Shown here in pieces: positions 29,641 through 40,662 of a stretch of 64,000 nt of DNA (positions are counted from its first letter, which is position 1; each line of letters starts with the position of its first letter). The DNA comes from Eledone cirrhosa. Taxonomy: Eukaryota. The DNA lies in assembly GCA_964016885.1 (NCBI GenBank), contig OZ024740.1:37944001-38008000 (forward strand). The letters are read 5' to 3'. The notes beneath the pieces are model-generated. The model ran no database searches, had not been told where the DNA came from, and saw nothing but the letters and a program-made list of their open reading frames with translations. The position numbers and the translations under genes are program-made.

Positions 29641-29852
29641 AGGGCGGTGGATTGGCAGTATCGGTAGAGTCGGACATCATGCTTTGCAGCATAGAGTTAT
29701 GGTCCTTTAGGGTCTCAGTTCAAATCCCGCCAAGGTTAACTTTGCCTTTCATCCTTACGGGGTCGATAAAATAAAGCACCATTAACGTACTGGGGTCAAT
29801 TTAATCGACTTCCTCTCCCACCAAATTACTGGCCTTGAGCCTATACTAGAAA
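29641..29852 (+). mobile_element. Full-length tRNA-derived SINE with Nin-type domain and TSD
   Basis: GGCGGTGGATTGGCAG head, GTTCAAATCCC box B, GCCTTTCATCCTTACGGGGTCGATAAAATAAAG Nin-like core; ATCATTATATAATGAATG on both sides. Confidence 0.9.
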
Positions 29853-29967
29853 TCATTATATAATGAATGCTTTTAGGAATGGTTTAAACATTAACTCCCA
29901 TTTCTATATCCTGGCCTTCAACATTGTCTAAAAAATCATTATGTTAAATGTTTTCTATCTATTAAGA

Positions 29968-30290
29968 TATTAATTAAAATATAGAAAAATGTGAATTTTG
30001 AAGACCACGACAATGCAAAATGGACGAACAAGAAAATAAGAGAAAGCAAGATGTTGTGTAACCTTAGCACATTTACTGATTCTGGACCTGTTCCTGGTTA
30101 TAAACCCCTAGAGAAGAGATTTTATCTCGAAATATCAGGACAGATAAATAAGGCAACATAACATCTTGTTTCATCTTATTTTCTTGTTTTTCCATTTCAC
30201 TTTGCCCTGGCCATCAAACTCCACATTTTTCTATATCATACACAATGCTTCAAACAAACTACAACTTTCTCCTATTAATTAAAATATATA
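29968..30290. mobile_element. Imperfect palindromic insertion with ~16-bp TSD-like repeat (Penelope-like pLTR derivative?)
   Basis: Arms atagaaaaatgtg...aacaagaaaataaga...caagatgtt / aacatcttg...tcttattttcttgtt...cacatttttctat; TATTAATTAAAATATA on both flanks. Confidence 0.6.
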
Positions 30291-30836
30291 AAACCCTCAC
30301 AAATTAAAAATTAAATAAGATTAACAGCAGTAAAATGTAAATCAGATGTCAAAACAAAGGGGAAAATATAATGAAATGTACTGTATTACAATTTTCTCTC
30401 TATTAAAATTACAATAAAATATAATGTATTACAATTTTCTCCCTACTATAAAATATAATGGAATATAGTGTATTACAACTTTCTCCCAACTAAAAAAAGA
30501 AGGATTCCAATACAATTATTGACAGCAACTACCATAATATATACTAATACTGAAAGCAGCAAGAGTTATCTATTCACAGATAATTTAGTCATATTGTAAA
30601 CAATAGTAATTAAACGAAATATAAACAGCCATGGAAGGATAAATTTTGAAGCTGAATTTTGCTTTTATAAATAATAATATAGACAAAGGAGAAAAATAAA
30701 GATAACTACAAATCTCTGCGTAACTTCAACACCAGAGAACTAAAAGATATTCATGCTAAGGCAAAATAAAGATGATTTAAACAAGGTAAAAACAAAGAAG
30801 AATGAAAATAGGGAACATAGTGGTTTGTTTTGATAC

Positions 30837-30860
30837 CTGGAACGTGTCTTGATGTAAACT
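30837..30860 (-). CDS. Candidate 24-nt DOP1 microexon (R)VYIKTRS
   Basis: tgctttctctctttcatgcag|A GTT TAC ATC AAG ACA CGT TCC AG|gtatc; phase 2->2 matches both flanking exons, no stop; no transcript evidence. Confidence 0.45.
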
Positions 30861-31722
30861 CTGCATGAAAGAGAGAAAGCATACACATATGACAGAAGAC
30901 AAGAGTAATGGTTACTTGTCAACAATAATGACATCAAATTAACAACCTTTGCAGCAGCTTTTAGTCAAGGAGAGAAAAAAAAAATTATTAGATTCTAAGG
31001 AATATTATTTACTTTATAAACAACACAACACAACATCTTAATTATACTTCACCATATTACTAATGGTAACACCAACCATGTAAAATCAAAGTCTCTACTA
31101 ATAAACATATATAACTAGTTAATAGTTAAATGTAACCGATACCTGTTAACTTATCGCAAGGATTTACTGACAAACTCCAACAGATTATTTAAATTTGCCT
31201 AATTTTTCATTCGCTCTACAATAGTATTATAAACAAGTATAGAAACCACATCCTTCACTCTGCTATCTCACTTTTATTCTGCAGTCTATCTTAAAATCTG
31301 TCTGTACTCCTTCCAAAGTTTGATCCAAATCAAAAATTTTCCTTTGAGCAGTACACTCATGTGGACAAGGATATTGGACAAGTACCATATATACTTGTAT
31401 ATACGCTGAGAAATATGTGACCAAAATAAAGAAGAAAAAAATGATGGAAAAATGGGGGGGGGGGGGGGGGGCTGACTGACTCATATTTGAGGTCTATGTA
31501 AATGAGGTGCTAAAATAATCTTGTTTTGGAGGTGAATATTACACAAGTTTCACTTTGGAGGTGAATAATATACCAGTTCACTTTTAATATGAAATTTGTA
31601 TTACCTATTGTTTTTTATATGCTTTGAATGAATATGACCTTCAAAATGGTCAGAATTTGGTAAAGAAAATTATTATATAATGGAGTTGTGAAACAAACTA
31701 TACTCTAAATGACACTTAAAAC

Positions 31723-31755
<33 letters not shown>

Positions 31756-33251
31756 ATCATCATCATCATCATCATCATCACCGTTTTACGTCCGTTCTTC
31801 CACGCTAGCATGGGTTAGACGGGTTGTCCTGTTGTGGGCAGTGTCTGGTCGGCTGACCATGCCTTGCTCATACAGGAACTGATCTGGCTTGATTTCTACA
31901 GCTGGATGCCCTTCCTAACACCAACCTCATTTACAGTGAGTGCTGGGTGCTTTTTCGTGGCGCCTACACGTCCACTTTACAGTGTGGGCTGGGTGCTTTT
32001 TTGCTGTGGCACCTCCACGACCACCTTGCGGTGGGGGGGCATATTGTTTATATGCTTCAGCATGTACCCATGGGAGGTCGGGTACCCTGTATTACTGCGT
32101 GACGCCAGAAGTCACGGTCGTGTGTCATTGACTTTGAGAGGTGTAGTTGGGTAAGGTCGGCTTTTATCACCTCATCCCAAGTCATCTTGGGTCTCCCCAC
32201 TCCGCGGTTTCCATCAACTTCTAGTGCTCTGCACCTTTTTATGCAGCTGTCATCCTTCATACGCATCACATGTCCATACCAGCGTAACCGCCTCTCCTGC
32301 ACGCAGCATTTGATTCCTCTTATGCTCAGTCTCTCTCTCAATTCCTTTATGCTTTGTCGTTCACGTATATTACTGTTACACATCCATTGGAGCATGCAGG
32401 CTTCGTTTCTCTCTAATCTACGTAAGTCTTCCACCTTCAGCGCCCAAGTCTCACTACCATGCAACATCGCTGTTCGGATACACGCATCATACAGTCTGCC
32501 TTTCATTCTGAGGGAGAAGCCTTTTGCAGCTAGCAGTGGTAGTAGTTCCCTAAACTTCTTCCATCCCGTTCTTACCCTAGTTATTGTACTTTCTGAGCAC
32601 CCACCTCCGCTGCTAATTCGGTCACCTAGGTAGCAGAAGCTGTCTACTGTTTCTACAGAGCCCTCCCAGAGATTGGTGGTACTTGCTTCCTGTGGCTGTT
32701 TTCTGCTTGCTGTCCCAGCACAGCTGCTGCATGTGAAGCCTACATTCTTAATTAAGCTTCCTGAGATCCCGCTACATCTCTTGTGTACCCATTGTTTGCA
32801 TTTGGGGCAGAGAATGGAGTTCCTACCTACACCTTTCCTACATACTGAGCAAGGCCATTTCCCTGAGGGGATCTGGGTTCTGTTTTCTCGTCTACTTATA
32901 AGGACCTTAGTCTTTGTCATGTTGACTTTGAGGCCCTTTCTCTCTAGTCCCTGCTTCCAGGTTTGGAATTTATTCTCTAGTTCTACCATAGATTCAGCTA
33001 TGAGTGCGAGGTCATCAGCATACAGGAGTTCCCATGGGCATCCGGTCTTAAACTCCTCCGTTATTGCCTGCAGGACTATGATGAACAGGAGAGGGCTAAG
33101 AACAGAGCCCTGGTGGACCCCAACCTGTACGCTAAATTCCTCGCTATACTCATTGCCAATCCTAACTTTGCTGACTGCTCCCCTATACATGGCTTGTACC
33201 GCTTTCACAAGCCATTCATCTACTCCTAGTTTTCTAAGAGCCCACCAGATT
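31756..33251 (-). mobile_element. RTE-clade LINE copy 1, 5'-truncated; open ORF 32057-33208 (RT C-half, C4HC3-like finger, C-terminus)
   Basis: GVHQGSVLSPLLF and LLYADDL RT motifs, RRLRWYGHV RTE motif, (GAT)n 3' tail. Confidence 0.95.
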
Positions 33252-33335
33252 ATATATATATATATATATATATATTATTCAAAATGTTAATAAATGATAT
33301 ATATATCTACTCCTAGTTTTCTAAGAGCCCACCAG

Positions 33336-33372
<37 letters not shown>

Positions 33373-33414
33373 CAAAATGTTAATAAATGAAAAATATTCT
33401 CATAATCAAAACAT

Positions 33415-33479
33415 ATATTTTATTATACATATTTCAAAGGTACAATGGTGTTTAAGTACGTTTTCATCAGACAAAATAT
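33415..33479 (-). ncRNA. Type I hammerhead ribozyme motif (sense to DOP1 pre-mRNA)
   Basis: AUAUUUUGU-CUGAUGA-AAACGUAC(loop)GUACCUUU-GAAA-UAUGUA-UA^-AUAAAAUAU; intact core, stems I and II pair, minimal stem III. Confidence 0.7.
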
Positions 33480-33588
33480 ATAATTTGATATGTGACATAC
33501 CGCTACGGTTTTGATTATTCAATTCCAGTATTGGGAATACTGGAATTGAATAATCAAAACCATAGGGGTATGTCGCATATCAAATTAT

Positions 33589-33653
33589 ATATTTTGTCTG
33601 ATGAAAACATACTTAAACACCATTGTACCTTTGAAATATGTATAATAAAATAT
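33589..33653 (+). ncRNA. Type I hammerhead ribozyme motif, mirror copy in the right palindrome arm
   Basis: CTGATGA at 33598-33604, GAAA at 33633-33636; one extra stem II mismatch. Confidence 0.6.
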
Positions 33654-33858
33654 ATGTTTTGATTATGAGAATATTTTTCATTTATTAACATTTTGAATAA
33701 TATTAAAAACTCCAGGAAAATATCTTGTTGAGTGCTTCTAAGCTATTGTAATGTATTTGTTGAGTAATCAACGAACCATATTAATCTTTGGTTATATATA
33801 TATATATGTATTTATGAAGTTTTAAATATATATATATATAATTGTAAAGAATTCAATT

Positions 33859-33933
33859 TATGTATTTTATCTGATGAGGATGTACTGAAAAAAACAGCAC
33901 AGTACCTCCGAAATATATATATAATAAAACATA
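33859..33933 (+). ncRNA. Type I hammerhead ribozyme motif (third, diverged paralog)
   Basis: UUUUAU-CUGAUGA(33871)-GGAUGUACUG(loop)CAGUACCUCC-GAAA(33910)-UAUAUAUA-UA^-AUAAAA; palindromic stem III as in Penelope-associated minimal hammerheads. Confidence 0.75.
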
Positions 33934-34359
33934 TATTTTGATTACGTGAATGTCTCCATTTATTAAAATTTTGAATTATATATATATATATATATAAAAC
34001 TTCATAAATATATTCTCCACTCATGAGAATTTCAAAACCACACCATCTAAACATAACATGTTGATTACTTGCCTAGGGGTCAGCTTATATTCGAGTATAT
34101 ATGGTATGGGGTAAAGTATTAAGGAAGGGTGAACAGTTTATAAATCTTGATGAAAGAAAAATAATTAGTCAGCTAGAAATTGTAAAGAATTCAATTAATT
34201 CTATCTAACTAAAGAGTTACAAGATTAATTTAAAACTATTAAAATTGGGATTTTATAATTAAATGAATATTCTAATATTTTTATTATATAATGTTGAAAT
34301 ATTACAATCTTATAATTCATTCTTTTTTTTTTGTTTTAAATTTTACATTTTTTAATATT

Positions 34360-34740
34360 TCCATTTCTTTTTATGGTTTACTGAAGAGGGGAAGGGGGAT
34401 AGTTATGGCTTTTAATGGTTTAATGAGAGGGAAAGGGGACAGTTACGGCTTTTTTAATGGTTTAGTGAGATGAAAAGGGGACAGTTATGGATTTTTAATG
34501 GTTTAGTGAGAAGGGATGGGGCAACCAAATGTTTTTTAACGGTTTGGGGAAGGAGGAAGCAATGGTTTAGTGAAAGGAGGAAAGTAATGTTTTTTATGGG
34601 TTTCATGAGGTAGACGGGGGGGGGGGGGGGGTAGTGACCTTTTTTATGACAGTGAGAGGGGCAAGAGGGAACAGTAATGACCTTTCTATGGTGAGTGGAG
34701 AAGATGACAGTAATGGCTTTTTATTTTCAGGGTTTCTGAG
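34360..34740. repeat. Degenerate ~40-bp tandem repeat
   Basis: tttaatggtttagtgaga(g)gggaaggggacagttatgg-like units. Confidence 0.7.
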
Positions 34741-36689
34741 ATTAATGGAGAAAAAAATGAGGAAGTCATTAGCTCATATATTTACAATAAAATGGATTCT
34801 ACTAAATGTCCCTGTGGACCAAGTGGTAGTGTTAAAATGAATAAGATATTGTTTACCACTAAAAAAAAACTAAAAAAATCTGAATAGTCAAACAAACAGG
34901 CTTCTATGTAGTTTCCTTCTACCAAATTTCACTCACTTGATCCGAAGCTGAGATAGAAGACACTTGCCTAAGATGTTGTGCAATGGTATCAAACCAAAAA
35001 CCACAGTTGTAAAACCAACTCCTTAACCACAGTACCATGCCTGTAGCCATGCTTATAGAATTGCACAAAGAGATTGAGGAATAAATTTCAACACATCATC
35101 TCAAGGTCAAAGTAATGAAGCAAGTTTCTTAATCATGCATTATTAGCAAAATACAACTGAAAGAAATCTGAAGATATTTTTTAGACTATTAAAAATATAC
35201 TTTACACTCCAATTTTCTTGATTTGCTAACCCTATTCTATGTTAGAATTGGTGGATGAGGTAAGAATGGTGACAAGCCACACAAGTTAGATACACAAGAT
35301 TAAATCATTAAATTTGGATAAAATATACAATATTATATCATCAACATTAAATATAATTGTTATAAATATAAAGCTGTTTAAAATGACAAAATCTTTTAAA
35401 AGTTTATAAAAAAACCATACAATTAAAATATATATTTCATAAAATAAATGGCAAACAAAATTATTAAAATTCATTCTAGTGACCTTTTTCTTTGACCATT
35501 TTGAATTTTAATCTCTAGAATTATAGAAATCCTTACCAGTAAGTATATTTTAATCGATTCAAAAAACAGTATATTGACTTATAAAATGAGTGTAACTGGG
35601 ATCACATGGTGTTTTGAAGAAACTGAGGCATGTCAATAATGACAACATGATAGAGGCAGTAGAGAATCAGAATGATTACATTAGTACTTGTTCTAGCTCT
35701 GTGTGCTCTCAATTTAAATCACACCAAGGTCAACTTTGTCATTTCTTTTCTCAGAGTATCAATCCATGGGAGGTAGATTGGGAGAATTGATAAAAAAAAG
35801 TTGGATGGGATGTTTTGTGGTGTCACTTCTAGATCTGTGCATTCAGCATTCAAATCCCACCCTCTGTCACTGGAAAAACTGTGACTTCTCTGCCAGAAAT
35901 TACAATTGGAAGATAGTATACCCCTTTCTCCAGTTGGCCGGCCTCTTGTGGGAAGTAATTTCTATAAAATATTGACCATGAACATTCTCAACTACCAACT
36001 GAAGTATGTTCATGGTGTTTTCTACTTTACTGTAAGTGGAAATAAGTAATAAAAAGAATTACAAGAGCCAAATAAATTATCAAAACTTATTAATATGAAC
36101 TTTTATATTTGTCATTAACAACATTTCCTATTATAGCTTACAATTTATGCCATTTCAACTTTATCAAATCAAACTGAGTTACTTTAAAAGACATTTTTAT
36201 TTTCTAGTTTTCTCCAACTCTTGCTTTCATTTCTTTAGAAAGTGTTCAATTCAGTTCAGGTTTAGATACATCTACAATCTCCATAAAATATTGCTAGAGA
36301 AGAAAAAGTAGGAATTGAAGATACTATTGACCACTTAGAGCAGAAGAGGGAGAGAAATAAAAGATCATAGTGAAACAAAAAGAAATTAACCAAGACATTT
36401 CAGAAAATGATGCTAAATCAAAACAGCAAGACACTCAAGAATATGGAAAGCATCAAGAGAGTTAAATATAGACTTCAGTTATTCAATAATTTAAAAAGAT
36501 TAGGCAAGTGTCAAAGACTAGTCTGATAGAACAATTGACTTTTCTGAATGCAAATATGATGAGAGAAAGAGAGAGGTTGAAATGGTAGAATGCAGATTTA
36601 GTTAATAGTTAAATGTAGTAAAACTAAACATTACTGCTGAGCTGTAAGAGAGTTGTTGCAGATTAATATTACTTTGCATGTATATCAAA

Positions 36690-37735
36690 GCTACAATATA
36701 ACAGTTTCTTTACAATACTATCACAGCTAGAATATAATAGTTTCTTTACAACACTATCACAGCTAGAATATAACAGTTTCTTTACAACACTATCACAGCT
36801 AGAATATAACAGTTTCTTTACAACACTATCACAGCTACACTATAACAGTTTCTTTACAACACTATCACAGCTAGAATATAACAGTTTCCTGACAACACTA
36901 TCACAGCTAGAATATAACAGTTTCTTTACAACACTATCACAGCTAGAATATAACAGTTTCCTGACAACACTATCACAGCTAGAATATAACAGTTTCTTTA
37001 CAACACTATCACAGCTAGAATATAACAGTTTCTTTGCAACACTATCACAGATAGAATATAACAGTTTCTTTACAACACTATCACAGCTACACTATAACAG
37101 TTTCTTTGCAACACTATCACAGCTAGAATATAACAGTTTCCTGACAACACTATCACAGCTAGAATATAACAGTTTCCTGACAACACTATCACAGCTAGAA
37201 TATAACAGTTTCCTGACAACACTATCACAGCTAGAATATAACAGTTTCTTTACAACACTATCACAGCTAGAATATAACAGTTTCTTTGCAACACTATCAC
37301 AGATAGAATATAACAGTTTCTTTACAACACTATCACAGCTACACTATAACAGTTTCTTTGCAACACTATCACAGCTAGAATATAACAGTTTCCTGACAAC
37401 ACTATCACAGCTAGAATATAACAGTTTCTTTGCAACACTATCAGTTTCTTTACAACACTCTCACAGCTAGAATATAACAGTTTCTTTACAATACTATTAT
37501 AGCTAGAATATAACAGTTTCTTTACAACACTATTATATCTAGAATATAACAGTTTATTTACAACACTATCACAGCTAGAATATAACAGTTTCTTTACAAC
37601 ACTATTATATCTAGAATATAACAGTTTATTTACAACACTATCATAGCTAGAATATAACAGTTCCTTTACAACACTATCATAGAATATAACAGTTTCTTTA
37701 CAACACTATTGCAGCTAGAGTTTCTTTACAACACC
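36690..37735. repeat. 36-bp minisatellite (~28 copies)
   Basis: Unit TCACAGCTAGAATATAACAGTTTCTTTACAACACTA. Confidence 0.95.
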
Positions 37736-38102
37736 ATCTCATAGATAGATAAATATTCCCGGGTTATGAAGGTAATATTTACAGTATGATGATGATGACA
37801 GCATTAATCTGTGCCAGTACCTGCTGACCATTTAAATTGAAGCATGTACACAGAACATTTCATATTTTCTTGAATTTGGAATTTAAAGACTGAAACATAG
37901 GGTAGTAAAATGAAAGAAGCTAAGAAACAACCACAGCAAAAATAACTTTCTGACACCAAATAAAAAATCAAAAACAAAAATATACACTTTATGAATGTGT
38001 AAAGTGATTAACGAATTAATGGAGACAATGTAGGAGAGAGAAGTCTCTCAACTCTTGTTGGGAATAAAACGATATATCTAGTGCTGATGCCATGATAAAA
38101 TA

Positions 38103-38273
38103 CAGGGCGTTTCAAAAACTTTTATATCATTTGCAATATCAATATCCCAGAAACTACAAAGCCTAGTACAATGTGACTGAGCAGGCTTAATGTTGGGCAA
38201 CATAAGATTTATTCCTAAAAATTTGTGGAATATTTACATCTTAAATGATAACTAATTTTAAAAAATACCTTGT
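38103..38273. mobile_element. Possible degenerate mariner-type MITE
   Basis: TA|CAGGGCGTTTCAAAA ... TTTTAAAAAATACCTTG|TA weak TIRs. Confidence 0.35.
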
Positions 38274-38486
38274 ATATTCAGTATACTCTGGATATTGTAC
38301 TGGGATGCAGTGAGAGACAAAAAGTATGACCTTTAGCTACAGAAATTAGATAAAAAATTGACTGTTTGTATAAGATATTGACTCCAACCCAACTAGAAAA
38401 GCTGTGACTCTAAACAAGAACTTGCTGATACTGTTGTAACTCATTCAACTCATGTCCGTGTAGTGTGTTTGTTTGTTCATCAATAA

Positions 38487-40662
38487 CACTGGTCTGCGTT
38501 TCAAAACTTTTTTAAAAAGGTCAAGGGTTTTCCAAATGATTTAGGACCCTTTTTGCATGCAGAATTCAAAAATACAGTTTATTTTTTGGGGTCAGGTCTG
38601 GTTTCTAAGATATAGTCTATTTCTTTTCCAGCATATTTTTCTAAAATATCGCAATCCAAGCGTTTATGGGCTTTGCTTTTGCAAAACCAGGTCGTGGGTA
38701 ACCTTTAATAATTATTTTTATTTCTCTTTTCAGGTCTAGAAAAATGGATCGGAAGTGTAAAAACCATCCTAATAGGTTCTGTTACATCTGCGGACATGTG
38801 ATTCTTCCAGACCGTCAAGCAAAAATCACGGATTTTGTGAAGAAGGCATATCACGCTTACTTTGGAGTCAAACTAGGGGACCAGGATAAGCTATTCGCTC
38901 CCCATATCTGCTGCAAAACATGTGTAGAGAACTTACAGGATTGGAGGAACAAGAAAAGGAAGAGTATGCCATTTGGTGTCCCAATGGTGTGGAGGGAAGG
39001 GAAAGATCATGTTACTGACTGCTACTTTTGCATGACAAATCTAAAAGGCATCAATCGCAAGAACAAGCACCATGTTCAATACCCTGATGTTCCTTCTGCC
39101 ATAAAGCCAGTCCCCCATGGCCCCGATCTTCCTGTTCCTGAGCCAAATGTCACCATGGAATCTAGTGACATGATTGATACAGCTAAGTGTGATGAATACA
39201 GGTCAGAAGAGGACGACCAACCGGTGCCTTTGACCCAAGCCGAACTCAATGACCTGACACGAGACCTGAACCTTTCGAAGGAGTCTGCCCAGCTACTGGG
39301 TTCTCGTCTTCGAGAGAAACGTCTACTGGCGCCAGGAACAACATTCTATTGGTATCGGGACCGCGAGAGAGAATTTAGAAAATTCTTCATGTTTGATGAA
39401 GCATCTTCACTGGTCTACTGTAGCAATATTGCTGACCTGATTGAATTACTTGGTCTGAAGTATGATGCTATGGAATGGAGACTTTTCATTGACTCATCTA
39501 ACAGAAGTCTCAAAGCAGTTCTTCTGAATATCGGAAACAAGTTTTCATCGATCCCTGTTGGGCACTCAGTTGAAATGAAAGAATCCCACAAAAGCATGGA
39601 ACGTCTGTTGTCTGCTCTGAACTACCAGAAACATAAATGGTTGATCTGTGGAGATCTTAAAGTTGTTGGACTCATCCTAGGACTTCAAGGTGTTTACACA
39701 AAGTATCCATGCTTTCTGTGCTTATGGGATAGCCGTGCTGATGACCAGCATTACGTCAGACAAGAGTGGCCATTAAGACAAGGATTAAAACCTGGATCAC
39801 ACAACGTTTTGTCCCACTCTCTGGTTGAACCGAGCAAGATATTGCTTCCAACCCTCCACATCAAACTCGGTCTCATGAAGAATTTTGTAAAGGCATTGGA
39901 CAGGGAAGGTGGAGGATTTGCTTTCCTCCATCACAAGTTTCAACGAAAAAGCATGGAGAAAATTGAGGCAGGTATATTTCATGGTCCTCAAATAAGGGAA
40001 CTCATCAAGGATACTAGTTTTGATGATGCACTGAATCCTGCTGAACTCTCTGCCTGGTTGTCCCTTAAGTCAGTCATTGCAAACTTCCTTGGCAATCACA
40101 GAAGTTCCCAGTATCAGACGGTAGTTGATGAGTTAATGGAGAATTTCCGCCAACTTGGTGCGCGCGTGTCAGTGAAAATGCACTTCGTCCGGTCTCATCT
40201 GGACTATTTTCCAGAGAATTGTGGAGACTTCAGTGAAGAACATGGTGAGCGCTTTCACCAAGATATCAGTGTTATGGAGGAACGCTATCAAGGCCGATGG
40301 GATGTCAACTTTCTGGCCGACTACTGCTGATGCCTAAAGAGGGATGCGCAGTCTGCTCAGCACAAACGGAAGTCCCTGAAGAGACCATTCATCCATGAGT
40401 AGCTTCCTTAGTTCATTATACTCTTCTTGCTATCTATTCAAAATATTTTGTAAGCCTTCTGTGAATAAATCAGTCTAATATTTTCAATATTGCGTTTTAT
40501 TTACCTACAAATAGATCGGAATTTAGGATATTTTTAATGTGCTAATATTTCATTAACCTGATCTGATTGAGTAAAATGAGCATGATTTTTGGATTCAGTG
40601 CAAAAAAACTGGCCTAAAATCATGTATTATATGTTAGACCTTGAAAACATCGCAGACCAGTG
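38487..40662 (+). mobile_element. Chapaev3-like (CMC superfamily) DNA transposon, full length 2176 bp
   Basis: Perfect 12-bp TIR CACTGGTCTGCG / CGCAGACCAGTG, subterminal inverted similarity (gaattcaaaaat / atttttggattc), ATAA directly repeated on both flanks, transposase ORF inside. Confidence 0.85.
38744..40402 (+). CDS. Chapaev3-type DDE transposase: 528 aa to a TGA at 40328-40330, frame continues to TAG at 40400-40402 (552 aa if read through)
   Basis: N-terminal CxxCG...D...PHxCCxxC...W...HxxDCYFC zinc finger; WRLFIDSS, ICGDLK, LHIKLG, KMH and EEHGERFHQ motifs; tttctcttttcag acceptor 10 nt before ATG suggests a 5' UTR intron. Confidence 0.85.

Larger units (their letters stand above)
33365..33703. 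repeat. 339-bp palindrome: 168-bp arms, 3-nt loop (33533-33535), 4 mismatches
   Basis: ...attcaattccagtatt GGG aatactggaattgaat...; arms compared by eye. Confidence 0.95.
31385..34104. mobile_element. Non-autonomous Tc1/mariner-superfamily (Tc2/pogo-like) MITE split by nested RTE and Penelope-like insertions
   Basis: TA|CCATATATACTTGTATATACGCTGA ... TCAGCTTATATTCGAGTATATATGG|TA imperfect TIRs with TA TSD; body 31385-31725 plus 33996-34104 aligns with 56869-57262 plus 58807-58862. Confidence 0.8.

Noticed and set aside
29641-29740. tRNA gene
   Set aside because: Box A/B-like motifs belong to a SINE head; no cloverleaf, and it is followed by a Nin-like domain and TSD
32187-33290. Antisense ORFs over the RTE copies (148 and 205-208 aa, repeated at 45 and 57-58 kb) and the MGSVWSADH ORFs
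   Set aside because: They recur only because the copies are young and near-identical; mostly non-ATG starts and no recognisable domain
31117-36645. Shared TAGTTAATAGTTAAATGTA motif (31116-31134 and 36599-36617) next to 7-nt exon-like segments
   Set aside because: Candidates frameshift or contain a stop; a low-complexity AT-rich match may be chance
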